DNA from: Selaginella moellendorffii
Taxonomy: Eukaryota > Plantae > Lycopodiophyta
Length of the DNA: 64,000 nucleotides
Direction: 5' to 3'
Assembly: GCF_000143415.4 (NCBI RefSeq)
Contig: NW_003314263.1
Location: 1,824,749-1,888,748 of the forward strand
In this document: positions 50,460 to 63,112 of the stretch, piece after piece
Numbering within the stretch: the first letter of the stretch is position 1
Layout of the letters: each line of letters starts with the position of its first letter
Notes under the pieces: generated by a model
Told to the model about the DNA's origin: nothing
Database searches by the model: none
Seen by the model: the letters and a program-made list of their open reading frames with translations, nothing else
Position numbers and translations under genes: made by a program

Positions 50460-53400
50460 TATAAAGAATCAACTATTCGAGGTGTTATAGGCTAAGGGAT
50501 CTCTGAAACCATGACCAGAATAATAAAGAGTTCATTAGACGAAACCAAGTCTGAAATCAAGACTGAGTGCTATTTAAATTTGATTGTAGCCACTGAAACC
50601 ATCAAAAAAAGAATAAAGCCTATGGCCTGGAACTAAGTCCAACATTGTATCCATAAATGGCAAAGTTTGAAACCAAGTCTGAAGTCGAGTCCAAGGTTAA
50701 GTATGAGATTAAGTTTGAAATCATCTTCCAAAGGAGGGGGTTATAGAGGGTTCCAAAAGTATACTAAGGATAAAAAGGTCTAAGAACTAGTTTTGAAGGA
50801 ACTCACTAATGGTGCTTTCAAATTAACTTGAGATTACGATTGATGAAGAGGTAAATATTTTATCTTATGTATCATCTTAGGTAGAGTAAAAGAAGAAAGT
50901 TTAGGCAAAATGAAATTATGCCTAAGCTTAGGTATCCAAAGAAGAAAGACTTGATTTAAGTAATGCTCGTCATAGATAAGTGTGAAATAATTATGAATGG
51001 TTATAAAATTAAGTAGCATTTAAATATATTAGAAAACAACCTCCACTCACTGTTGTATGCATTTGCATTGAATTAACCATCTTTTCTCCTACCTAATATT
51101 GTTTGTGCAAAAATAGAGTTGAGAAAGTGACATATGCTTATCCTTACTTATACCTTTGGGGTTTGAGCCTGAGTTCTATTTTATTCTTTTCTCATTCTTT
51201 TTATCTTCTCTACATTCTTAGCTCTGTTTGTTTGTCATTATTTTGCAGGCAAGGTCAAGAACACGAGTATAGGCAGAAAAATCTTTACTCACTTTTGGCG
51301 ACCATAGTGGGATAATTTGTTACTCTTTAGCTTAAAAAACAATCGGGAGAAAATTGCTTATGAATTCCAAATGTAGTACTAAGAATTAGAAGTAGATCTC
51401 TTTAGTGATTGCAAAGGCTTTGAGCCCAGATAACATTAAACAAAAGAGCTCCTTTTGCAATTGCAATGGTTTAGTGCCTAGACAATGCAAGAAAAAGATA
51501 GTTTTTCAATCACCACAGAACAAATTAGAGTTCAATATACATTGCCAAGAAACTCAAGTTCAAATTGTTTCGCTAACAATATCTTGAAAAAAATCTAAAA
51601 AAAGAAGGAATGGAGTTTGTTTGATGTGGAAAACACAATTAACTACTCTAGAATTCTTTCTTTTTAAGCAAGTTTCTATTTGAGTTTTTAGAGGACACAT
51701 TTTTTAGCAATGTGCCACAATTTCTCTAGGCATACACAAGCAAAAAAATTGAACACCTATAACTCTTGTCTTCGACTCTAGATTAAAGAGAGCTAGAGCC
51801 AACCTTAGTAAAAAATAAATTGGGGAATCAATCACCCAAATCTTATGAGGTTGTGATAGAGGCATAATCATAATTAAATTTTGATAACTTGAAAAATGCC
51901 ATGATTGACTACCAAGATCTTATAAAATAATATGACATAGTATATATGGTAAAGTCTAACAAAAGAATGACTCCTATAGACAAAGAAAACAATTGTTTAA
52001 GAAACTTTAAATTGCAAACCAATATCAAAAAAGGGATTTAGTATACCAAATGCAAAAATAAAGACTATAATAAGGAAAAATGCAAACTCCAATTGATTAA
52101 GTTTCAAATTTATGAAATAATAAGGCATCCAACTATAGAATTTTATTTAAACAACTAATAGGCCAACAGATAGCCCAAATTGATAAAACACCATATAGGC
52201 AAAGTTATCCACTTGACAATAAAAGTTATCATAGGAAGAACGATTACCATGATAATCAAAGTGCTAAATGTGAATACCTATATATTGAAAGGCAAGATGA
52301 CCATCGAAATTATCTTTTTAGGGGTAATGTTTTAAATTATTCACCTAAATAAGCTTAAAGACTATAATTAACTTAAAGATTATGATCAGCCTAGAGGCTA
52401 CAATGGGCCTAGAGATTATGAAAGCCCAAAAGAATATGATCAAGTTAAAACTCTTACTCATTATTCTAGGCCATACAATCAAGTTAAATCATCAAGCAAG
52501 AATAATAGGCCTCTTAAAGATATATAATCTGTAGCTAAGCATGTTAAGGTAGAATGGTCAAATACAAAAGAGTTACTTAGCGTTTGTGTCATAGCTAAAG
52601 CCTAACGAAGAATGGTTGAATCTAAAAGCTAAGATGAAGGGAGTGATAATGAAATAGAAATCATCCCCAACTCTCAATGGTGCCAAAAAAAATGATTAAC
52701 ATAGAAATCAATTAACAACTCTAAGACTTGCAACTATAAGTCAATTTGGAGAATGGTGATTTTACCACAGAGAGTCTCACTTTTTTACAAACTGACACAA
52801 ATTTATCACTAATGCAAAAGAAAAATTTTATATTAAAATTAAATAGCAAGGATGAGAAGAAGGTAGTGAAAGACGTTTTAAATGCTATAATTACACTCAC
52901 TTTAAGCCAACTTCTTATTATAGTACTTTATCTTAGAATTGCATTGCTCAAATAAGAAGGAAGAAACTTTAATCCCATCTATAGCTATTATAATTAAGCC
53001 AAGGGATTGTGATGATAAAGTTCCTACAATTTATATAAAAATTGGCAAGAATCTATTATTTGGAACTCTTATTAATAGTGGCTCAAGCGTAAATATTCTG
53101 GAAAAAGATATTTGCAAAGAATTAAGCTTATGCCCAATTCAACCAACCCCATTTAATGTACAAATGGCCGATGACCAAAGTGTCAGGCCCATTAGAATTA
53201 TTAGAAATGTTTTAACTAATGTGGTTGGCCTAAAGTACAAATTTAATTATATTGTGTTTAAAATGACACAATGAAATTCTACCTACAAAACTCTACTAGG
53301 TAGACCTTGGCTAAAAATTACTTGCATAAACTAAGACTAAAAAATGATTTATTATGTATAAAGCAGGGCAACCAGAAAAGATTTGTGCTTATTACTTCCA

Positions 53401-56400
53401 CCATATAGTTGGAAAGGAAAAATTAACCCCTCAAACTCAATTTTATAATTGGGAGGAAAACTTAAACGATTTTTGAAAACAAAAAATCTTAAAAGCTTTC
53501 CTTAAAATTGAGCTAATTTCAGAAGTTGATTTCTATACAATACTCAAAGAAATACCTAAGCAAAAAGACCCTAGATTAGAGGTCAATACAGCTATAAGAG
53601 ATTTCTCCCTAAAGGAGGATCCTGCCTATAAAATTCATTAATAAAAAAGTTATGTTTCACATGTTTTTTGTGATCAACCACTTGAGAAAATTAATTTAGC
53701 AGATGAGGATAATCTATATACTATCTCAATTACTCAAGGATTGCAAAGTAAATTTTGCAATCATGCCACAAATCTACTAAAAGATTACAAGGATATTTTT
53801 GGCTAGTCTTACACAGATTTAAAATGCATCCCACTAGAACTTTATACACATCATATTGAGATACTCTTGGGAAATATGTCTAAAAGGATATAACATTTTA
53901 AATTAGATAGATGATTCATATATGGAGAAGTTTATTGATTTCTTCCTTGACTTTATTTTAGTAATTAGGATTTGGCTTTTACCCCTTGTAATTGTGCCTA
54001 AGAAAATGGCAAGTTACAAGTTTGTGTGAATTACAAAAAGCTAAATGATACAACAAAAAAGAATATATTCTAGATTTAATAGTAGGTTATAAGATATATT
54101 CATTTTTAGATGGATTCTTTGGCTATAATCAAGCAGAAATAGCACATGAAACTTGATATAAAATAGCTTTTATAAGCACATGAGGAGGTTATGCCTATCG
54201 CAAAATACCTTTTGGCCTATGCAATACTCCTTTCACATTTCAAAGAGTTATTTTGGACACTTTTAAAGAATCTCTCACTGATTTCATAAGAGATTTCATA
54301 AATAATTTTAGTGTCTTCAACTCCAAAATGGAACATTTAACTTTCTTATAAAAATGTTTTTAAAATACAAAGAAAATAACTTTATTTTTAATTCAGAGAA
54401 ATGTATTTTCTTTGTAAATTTAGGCATATTTTTGGGTTATATTGTATGCAAGGAAGACATATTTGTAGATAAAGACAAAACTCAAGTAATTGAGATAATA
54501 TCTCCACCACACAATTTAAAAAGTCTCTCTTGTTTTCTAAGCAAAATTAGCTATTATAAGTGATTTATAAATGCTTATGCAAATATTGTTAAGCCACTTA
54601 TTGATTTTTTAAAGAAAGATACTCCATTTATATAAAATGAAAATTATCAAGAAGCATTTTTAAAGTTTAAACAATGCCTTAAAAAGGCATTTATACTTAT
54701 TAAGCCCAACTAGATAAAAAAGTTTCACCTATAGGTGGATGTTTTTGATATTGTCACAAGTGCAATATTGTTCCAAGCATAAAGTGATCAAAAAGATCAT
54801 CTTATTTATTATGTTAATAAACACTGAGCATAACTACACAACAATTGAAAAGGAAGCTTTAGTTGTAGTTTACGCTTTACAAAAATTTAAGCATTATTTT
54901 TTGGCAACAAAAGTTATTGTTTTTGCTGACCATAAGACTTTTTTATATCTTATCAATAAACTGTGTATATCTGCTTAAATAACTAGATGGTTTTTACTAT
55001 TAGAAGAATATAATTTTGAAATAGTATATAAATCTGGAAAATTCCATAAACAGGGTGATTGCCTAAGCCGTATCATTACAAAAGAGTCACATAATACTAT
55101 AGTAAATAAACTCCCAAATGCTCACTTATTTGCAATCTCTATACTTACTACATGGTTAGAAGATATATAAATCTATCTTTCTACATGCACCATTATAATT
55201 TGCTAGAGAAAAATAATTTTTTTGTATTGAGGATACAGCCCTACTCTATCATGGGGGAGTGCCTATATAAATTAAATATTGCTGCAACACTAAAGAGATG
55301 TGTTAATATGTAAGAAAAAAGAAATGAAATCCTAAAGAAAGCTCACTCAGGCTCATTAGGAGGCCATTTTGCAAACAAAACCACTGCTAAGAAAATTTTA
55401 CAATCAAAGCTATAGTGGCTTATGCCTTGGAAAGATATAGCAATTTTATGCAAAAATTATAATATTGCCAAATGTATAAATTACTATCTAAAAAGCAAAT
55501 CCATGAACTAAATTCTACCTATCTATATGAAGTATTTCATACATGAGGATTGGATTTTGTAAATCTTATATTGACAAGTAGTAAAAGGAACAAATACATT
55601 TTAGTTGCTATTGATTATGTGACTAAATAGATAGAAGTTACGCTTATGAAACAAGCCTTAGCCACTAACATTACTAAATTCCTTTATGAAAACATCATTG
55701 TAAGGTTTGTTTTGCCTAAAGAGATTGTCATAGATAAAAACATCCATTTTATCAATGAAAAATAGAAATTCTTATATAAGAATTTATCCTTAAACACAAA
55801 AAGTTCATGCCATAATACCCGCAAGAGAATGATCAAGCTAAATTTACTAATAAAGTGCTTAAAAATATCTTGAAAAATATTGTAAAAGACAATAAAAAAG
55901 ATTAGAATGAGGAAATCTTAGATGTTTTATGGGCTTATAAGATTGCATATAAAGTATCCACAAATATAACACTATTTCATCTTATGGCTAAGAAGCTTTT
56001 ATACCTATGGAATTTTTAATTTCCTCTTTGCGTATTGCAATTAAAAATGACTTAGACTAAAAAAAAGATCTTAAGCAAGGACTTGCCAAAATAGAAAAAT
56101 TAAATAAGGTTAAGCTTAGAGCAATCTAAACCTTGTATGCAATTCAAAAGGCCAGAAATGTTAAGCATGATAGACAATTAAAAATATCTTTAGAAGCTTA
56201 AACCAAGAGATAAAGTCCTTTAGTATTAAGGCAAAATAAATGCTCTTGGAAATAAATTCAAGAGAAAATGAAATGGTCCATTTATTTTGTCTAAGATATC
56301 AATTTCAGAAACAGCTAAAGTGCACACTTTAAATGGGGATGATACTGCAATAGTAAATTTAAATCATTTAAGGAAGTGTTATGAAGATATAAATATAAAT

Positions 56401-57110
56401 ATTATCTATATCTTAGAGTACAAAACTATGGATAAGCTCATGAATGAAGCCCTAATAAAGATTTATCATGATGAACTACCTAAGTGCACAGATAAAGTGG
56501 TTAACTAGATGAATGATAAAGATCTAGAAAAATTTTACAAAGTGATATCAAACTTTGTAAAACCATAGGAAGGTAGATTGGTTCTTCAATTATGGGATTC
56601 TGTAAAATTGATTTTCAAAATGGATGGAGAGGATATTAAGATTATTCAAAATCTTATTTCCAAACTTTTTTACCTCCCTATAGAGCTAAATCAGTGGAAT
56701 TAAATAGAAAGAGTAGTCTTTCCTGATAAGGATCTATTCATTTAGAATAAAGGGAAAATACATATCCCCTAGGAAATATTCATTTTTATGCTAGAGAAAC
56801 CTTTATATATCTGAGTGCTTTCTTTGATAAAGAAGTTCTAAGGAAAGAAATCAAAAGATACATTAGACAGATATTCCTTTCTCTGGAGCAAGCCTTCCCT
56901 CAAAATCTTGCTGGTATAGCCTATAAAAATTTTCTTTAGGCAATGCAAAACTTAGAGGAAAATAAAAGGAGCGGATACTCTAATATTTACATTTTTCTTG
57001 CCTCATAAACTCTGCTAATAAACCACAAAGATTAATGAGTAGAGAATACTAGGCCAACAAGAAAAAAAAAAACTACAATACATTTATATACAAAAGTAAA
57101 CAAAGGCGAG

Positions 57111-57805
57111 TGTAATCTCTTGAGTTTAAACTTCCCGAGAGGTCACCCAACCTAGTACTATTCAAACCCAAGGACACTTAACCCTCAAATATCCCAAGAC
57201 CCTTAACCAATTAGAAAAGGGGGTGCACTTTTATTCATGGGCCCTTTCCCTTTATATTTGAACCCCATGGACCATCTCTCAAGTCGTTCTCTTTGGTTGC
57301 TTACAATCCACCACACTTCCCTGCAAATTCACGCCCTCATGAACGAAAGCTGAGAGCCGCAACTCTCCTAAGAGCCTTGCTCTCTTGACACCCTACCCCT
57401 CGGGTCGAGCCCAGCAGGAGCATGCAAGTTCACGCCCTCGTGAACGGAAGTTAAGAGCTGCAACTCTCCTAAAAGCCCCACTCTCTTGACACTTTACCCC
57501 TCGGGTCGAGCCCAGCGGGAGCAAACTAGACCAGCCAGATGTCAATCAACATGTGGTGTGATTCCCCTAACCAACCAACAGAGTCGGACCCGAGACCGCT
57601 CCAATACCAAATGTAATCTCTTGGGTTTAGACTTCCCGGGAGGTCACCCAACCCAGTACTATTCAAACCCAAGGACACTTAACCCCAAATATCCCAAGAC
57701 CCTTAACCGATTGGAAAAGGGGGTGCACTCTTATTCATAGGCCCTCTCCCTCTATATTTAAACCCCATGGACTATCTCTTAAGTTGTTCTCTTTGGTTGC
57801 TTACA
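57111..57805 (-). mobile_element. complete Cassandra-like TRIM (5S-rRNA-containing LTRs)
   Basis: LTRs 57111-57305 and 57612-57805 (TGTAAG...TTACA on minus); iMet PBS 57598-57609; PPT 57306-57321; TSD gcgag/gcaag; non-coding 306-bp interior. Confidence 0.94.
57630..57683 (-). promoter_or_regulatory. 5S rRNA-derived internal Pol III promoter (A-box/IE/C-box) in the TRIM LTR; second copy at 57129-57182
   Basis: GTTAAGTGTCCTTGGGTTTGAATAGTACTGGGTTGGGTGACCTCCCGGGAAGTC matches 45/54 positions of the plant 5S sequence as I recall it (GTTAAGCGTGCTTGGGCGAGAGTAGTACTAGGATGGGTGACCTCCTGGGAAGTC). Confidence 0.9.
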
Positions 57806-58209
57806 GCAAGAGCATAAAGTTTAAGGCTAACATGGTAAGGTAGGGTGACTAAAGTAATTTGGAGGCAGCTAGGGAGTTTCTTTTTCTTTCTTGCTCTTTT
57901 CTTTTCACTCACTCCATGACTACGCCTCCGTTGAGATGTGCCGACACTCCAAGCTTAGCTCTAAAGCAATGTACGGCAGCTCAAATGCTGCCTAGGGCCG
58001 CGCAAGAGCAAATGCCATTGCTACTGCCTACTGGATTGAGCACGCCCTCAATTGGGCAGAGTGATCTTGTCCTCACACCACAACCACAAGGTATCAACTC
58101 CACTCTTAAAGCACTGTCAGCACAAAATTTTTTTTGGGCATCTCCGTTAGCACTGCACTATATCTCTTGGTTGCTTAATGCCAAGTGTTTTGCCTACAAA
58201 TCTCCACAG

Positions 58210-60039
58210 TGTAAGCAACCAAAGGAAACGACTCGAGAGACGATCCATTGGGGTTCAAATATAGAGGGAAAGGGCCCATGAACAAGAGTGCACCCCCTTT
58301 TCCAACTAAAGTTGTGAGACACAAAATCCCTAGGCCCCAAAGTGGAGCCGGAAAGGGTGCCACGTGGTAGTGGCCGAAGCAAAAGCCCAAACGAGTATAA
58401 CACGTTTGGACTAAAAGCTCTGACTTGGAAGGTTGAGAGCGGGAGTGGAACTCCCAACAAAGTGCTCAAGGAGCGAGCACGAAGCGAGCAATAAGCAAGG
58501 CTCCAAAAAGGGACCCAAAAAGGACCAACACATGACACGTGGAAGAGTCCGAGATGGACCCGAGATGGAGTCCGAGATGGAGTCCGAGGTGGACTGAGAC
58601 GGAGTCCAAGATGGACCTGAGATGGAGTCCGAGATGGACCCGAGATGGAGTCTGAGATGGAGTCCGAGGTGGACCGAGATGGAGTCCGAGATGGACCCGA
58701 GATGGAGTCCGAGATGGACTCGAGATGGAGTCCGAGATGGACCCGAGATGGAGTCCGAGATGGACCGAGACGGAGTCCGAGATGGAGTCCGAGATGGACC
58801 GAGACGGAGTCCGAGATGGACCGAGACGGAGTCCGAGATGGAGTCCGAGATGGAGTCCGAGATGGAGTCCGAGAAGGACCCGAGATGGAGTCCGAGGTCG
58901 AGACCGAGACCGGGACCGAGACCGAGACCGAGACCGGGACCAAGACCGGGACCGAGACCGAGACCGAGGCCAAGGCTGAGACCAAGCCCAAGCCCAAGCC
59001 CGAGCCCGAGTCCGAGTCCGAGTCCGAGTCCGAGTCCGAGAGGGTGAAAGCCCAAAGCGTTCGTCTCCCAGACCCTGGGGGGTTTGGTGAGCTCCAAAAG
59101 TATAGAAGGGGGAGGACTGCAGTGGAGCTAGTTTGGCTAGGAAAGGCCAGTAGTTTGGCCCAAGAAGGCCAGACCCAGTGTTGGGTGATAAACTGACCAC
59201 TGGGAAGTCCAAGACTAAAGTGAATATAGACCGACAAGCGGGGTAGCTTGGTGAAGTGTTCAAGAGCCGGCTCTAGTTCCCCCGAGAGATCGACTGACCG
59301 ATGCTCCCAGTCCAAGTGTGGGTGGCACTACCTACTTGGATACCAGGCGTGGCTTAATGGAACCTCGCTCTAAGCCCATGGCTAGAGCACCTAAAGGCAA
59401 AAGGTGGGGAGAGTACCCAGGTGGCTCGCGTAAGGCCACGGTGTTCCGAAATGTTGTCCTAAAGGCCCAGACTATGGAAAGGAAGAGGAGCAGTCCTCTG
59501 GGGTAGTGACCAAGGACACAGTCGTGTGGTGAGGAAGTCCCAAAGGACCGTGGGACTTAGTGGTTGGGCCTGTGGGCCTCGATCCAGTGGTAGTGTTGGT
59601 GAACACGGCCATGGACAGTAAAGGGACTTGGTGGGGACTAGAAAAGGGACATTGGGGGAAGGCTATTCCCCATGTCTGTTGGCATCCTAAGGATGCTAAG
59701 GAGTGGATCTGGGATGATCACTCATAAACGGATGGCCCAGTCTTTGAGGGACGGGACTGTGATGGAGGTGGTGTCAGACCACCGGTGTGACCAAGGTGAA
59801 TGGGCATGGCCTTAGCGTAACGAACTGATATGTTGGTGGTACCTTGGAGTGTCGGTCATGGGATCAGTCACATGGAGCACTTGGACCAAGTGCAAAGGTT
59901 GGGTGGCAGGGATGCCATTCTCAGGGCTAGCAAGCCCAAGTTTGAAATAGGACTTATGGAGGTTGTGAGTGAGACTCCTCCAATTGGTCGGAAGTGTGGT
60001 TAAGTGACTAAAGTAGAATGGAAAAATTAGTCGCTTACA
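58210..60039 (+). mobile_element. solo LTR of family B (1830 bp)
   Basis: TGTAAGC...GCTTACA terminal inverted repeat; perfect 5-bp TSD CACAG (58205-58209, 60040-60044). Confidence 0.93.
58545..59040. repeat. hexamer/dodecamer tandem array (GAGTCC-GAGATG, GAGACC, GAGTCC) inside LTR B
   Basis: ~500 bp of CCGAG-containing units. Confidence 0.93.
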
Positions 60040-62483
60040 CACAGATGGCAAAAATTTTTAGACAATATGAGCATGTGGAGGAAATTTTATCTGGTGATGA
60101 GGAGTTTGATCATGGCCAAATAAAGTTGTCTAAGGAGCTTGTGCTTTTTCTCTATGATAAGTTTTAGCTTAATGCTTTTGGGTTACTCTCCTATGCAAAG
60201 TTGTTCGAAGGAGAAATATCAATCAAGTAAGGGATTGAGCTTATACAAAAATGGTACCTAACAGAGCATTTTTTTTTTCTGTGGGTGAGTCCATCCCTTT
60301 GGACTCACCCAGTTTGCTAAGATTTTTCACATAGATAAAAAGAGTGAAATAATCATGATAAACAAGAAGAATTTCATGTTAAATCAATACGTCTTACCTA
60401 ACTATACATTCAGACGAAGAAGCAACTTTACCTACTTGAAGCTCGATTATCATGCTAGGTTTAATATGTTGTGTGCCATCGTCGATGGGAGGATGGTTAT
60501 GCAAAATGCTAGCATTAAAATAGCTCACTTATTGGAAACTATTAAGACTAAATGGCAAATAAACATAATTCATTTCACCTATAATGGATTTATGGCCAAA
60601 ATGAAAAATGTTGTTTTACCAATAGGCAAGGGAAGGCAAGTGAAGATGGGAGTCTTCATTTTGTTGCGGTGCATTTATGAGCATTATAGAACTCAAGAGA
60701 ATCCTACACCTCACCTTGCCATTGAGCCACCACCTCCAATATCTCCTCCAAGGGAGATAGTGAGAGATGTGGATATAGAGAAAAATCCCGATGACACAGA
60801 TTCAAACAAGGAAAATTCTCCCCTCAAAAAGAAACTCCACCTAAATCTAAAAATCAAAGTTATAAAACCTCTTGTAAAAATCTATTGGTCGAGTATGCCG
60901 CAGAAAAGCTAGACGCAACAAGTACGGTGATAAAACACCATGCCTAGATTAAGAATAAAGTCATGACTCGTCTACGTCTATAGAGACAATTCTGATGCTA
61001 ATACAAATCTCTTTGAGCATCAAAGAAGCGTAAGTACACAAATGGATAACACTAGGTGAATGATGGATGCCAAAGAAATTCCATAACTTGGGCCACAAAG
61101 TTTAATATATGATACACCTACAGATGTTATAAAACCATTAGTTGTAGATACAGCTAATGAGATGAGTTTAGGCCAAGAAAATCATGGCTAAGAAACTCAA
61201 CAAGATGAAGAGGATGAGGCTACAAAAGAGGATATAGATGAACTGGAAGAGTATAAGCTAAGTCTTCTCTAGTTCACCTATGCATCCAACAATGACACAT
61301 CCTCGCCCAATTAGCCTATCAAGATGAGGCAGCCACAACAGTAGTAGACATTGCAGTAGCACTACAAGGTCAAGGCTAGCCATGCTTTCACTCATAAGAC
61401 CTTGAGTCAATTAAGTGAGATAGCAATTTGGAGCTTTATGGAGGAGCTCGCTTAACACATCAAGGGAGGTAAGGAGCTAGTTGATGAGCCAATACAACTG
61501 GTAAAAGATGAAGAAATAACAAAATACCGTGTGCAAGTCTTGAGCTACCTCAAGACAATCACCAAGAAAGTGGATGGAGCCATGGGCGAGTAGAATTATC
61601 AATGCCACATAATCCAAAAACTCAAGAGTGCAATCCCGACTTCCACATCCACTGATGCAAAGCATATCAACTGCCAAAGACCAACACATCACAATGCTTG
61701 ACCAGGAAAATTAGATCATATGTCAAAAACTCAATGACCTACGTCAAAGTGTTGAGCTTATCACTATGAAGAGTATTCTTAGCAACCTAGAGCAGGATTT
61801 GGAGAATTCAACTGCTTGAGGACAAGTAGTAGCTTTGTCGTGGGGGAGTAATGAAGAGGTAAATGTTTTATCTTGTGTATCATCCCAAGCAGAGAAAAAA
61901 AAAAAAAAAGCTTAGGTGAAATGGAGTTATGCCTAAGCTTAGGCATATAAAAAATAAAGACCTGACCTAGGCGAGAGCAATTAAGAATGGTTATAAAATC
62001 ATGTAGTATATAAATAGCACTTAGACGTGCTGGAAAACAACCCCCACTCACTATTGTATGCATTTGCATTGATTTAACCATCTTTTCTCTCACCTATGAC
62101 TATTTGTGCAAAGTAGAATTGAGAGAGTGATATATATTTATCTTTACTCATGCCTTTGGGGTTTAAAGTTGAGTTTTATTCTATTCTATTCTTATTCTTC
62201 TCCTCTTTTTCTCTTCTCTACATTCTTGTCTCTATTTATTTGTCACTATTTTGCAGACAGGGGCAAGAATGTGAGTATAGACAGAAAAAGCCTTATTCAA
62301 AGACTGAGGGTTAAGGGCCTTAGGTGAGAGTGAGTATGGACTCAAAAAATCCACTCAAAGAAGTGCTTAAAAGCAACTCTCACTCTTAGAAGGGAAATTG
62401 ATTGCAATGCTCCCAGCTTATATAGAGTTGTGCCCTATTTGAGTACTATAGGGCTTATTAATTTTCACTCTTTCCTAGGGGTT

Positions 62484-62667
62484 TGTAAGCAACTAAAGGG
62501 AACGACTCAAAAGATGATCCATGGGGTTTAAATATAGAGGGCAAAAGGCCCATGAATAAGAGTGCACCTTCTTTTCCAATTGGTTAAGGGTATTGGGATA
62601 CTTGGGGTTAAGCATCTTTAGGTTTGAATAGTACTGGGTTGTGTGACCTAAAAAATCAGAGTTTATA
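62484..62667 (+). mobile_element. solo LTR of the Cassandra-like TRIM inserted in the family A LTR
   Basis: Reverse complement of the TRIM LTR, with the C-box end deleted. TSD gggtt/aggtt; flanks rejoin into LTR A sequence. Confidence 0.85.
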
Positions 62668-63112
62668 AGGTTTATGCCTTTCCTTTGGGACAGAAGTGGG
62701 GGAGTAAGGGTACTCATACTAGGCTGCTAGGCCACAATGTTTCCCCCTATATCCAGAAGCAAAAAATGCGCCCAAGGCTTGGGATTTAGAAGGTTTTATA
62801 ATCAAGTTTTGTTGTACGAAGGATGTTAAAAATTTAGAGGTTTGGTGTGCTTGGCTACTTGTACCTATGAAGAATGTAGCTAAACCTTGAGTCTAGTTTA
62901 ACCCTGGGAGGGGGATTGGGAGAAAATTTGGGAATCTAAAGATGGATGGCTAACACTTTATTGCTCATGTAGTGAATAGTTAAAACCAAGTAGGATCAAA
63001 TAGGAACTAGTACAATATGTGGGAACCTTAGCAAGGGAACTTAACTAAAGCTAAGGCAATCAAATAGACGAGGTAAGATGGTAAATTAAAAAGGAAAAAT
63101 TTATTTCTTATA

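Larger units (their letters stand above)
50841..62299 (+). mobile_element. degenerate non-chromovirus Ty3/gypsy element (Selgy/Tat/Athila-like) with 451-bp LTRs and an extra 3' ORF region
   Basis: LTRs 50841-51291 and 61849-62299; PBS tggcgaccatagtggga (51296-51312); PPT gtgggggag (61840-61848). Protease (LINSGSSVNIL), RT, RNase H (YTTIEKEAL) and integrase remnants; ORF 60355-60912 lies downstream of pol. Confidence 0.88.
50460..63112 (+). mobile_element. solo LTR of family A split by nested insertions (pieces ~50460-50840, 62300-62483, 62668-63112)
   Basis: Pieces match the reverse complement of 5181-6281 collinearly. TSD gtcat/atcat. Confidence 0.82.

Noticed and set aside
57129-57683. 5S rRNA genes
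   Set aside because: Only the internal ~54 bp match; the 5S ends are missing and the segments lie within TRIM LTRs.
58545-59040. CRISPR-like array
   Set aside because: No unique spacers; it is a simple tandem array in a eukaryotic LTR.
58194-59315. Long low-complexity ORFs on both strands (SRTP/WSPR/ESEM repeats), also at 5691-6304
   Set aside because: They are by-products of a stop-poor hexamer array inside LTRs, with no domain and open in most frames.
62484-63112. A chimeric TRIM-chromovirus LTR
   Set aside because: Better explained as a TRIM solo LTR inserted into LTR A: a 5-bp TSD is present and the flanks rejoin.
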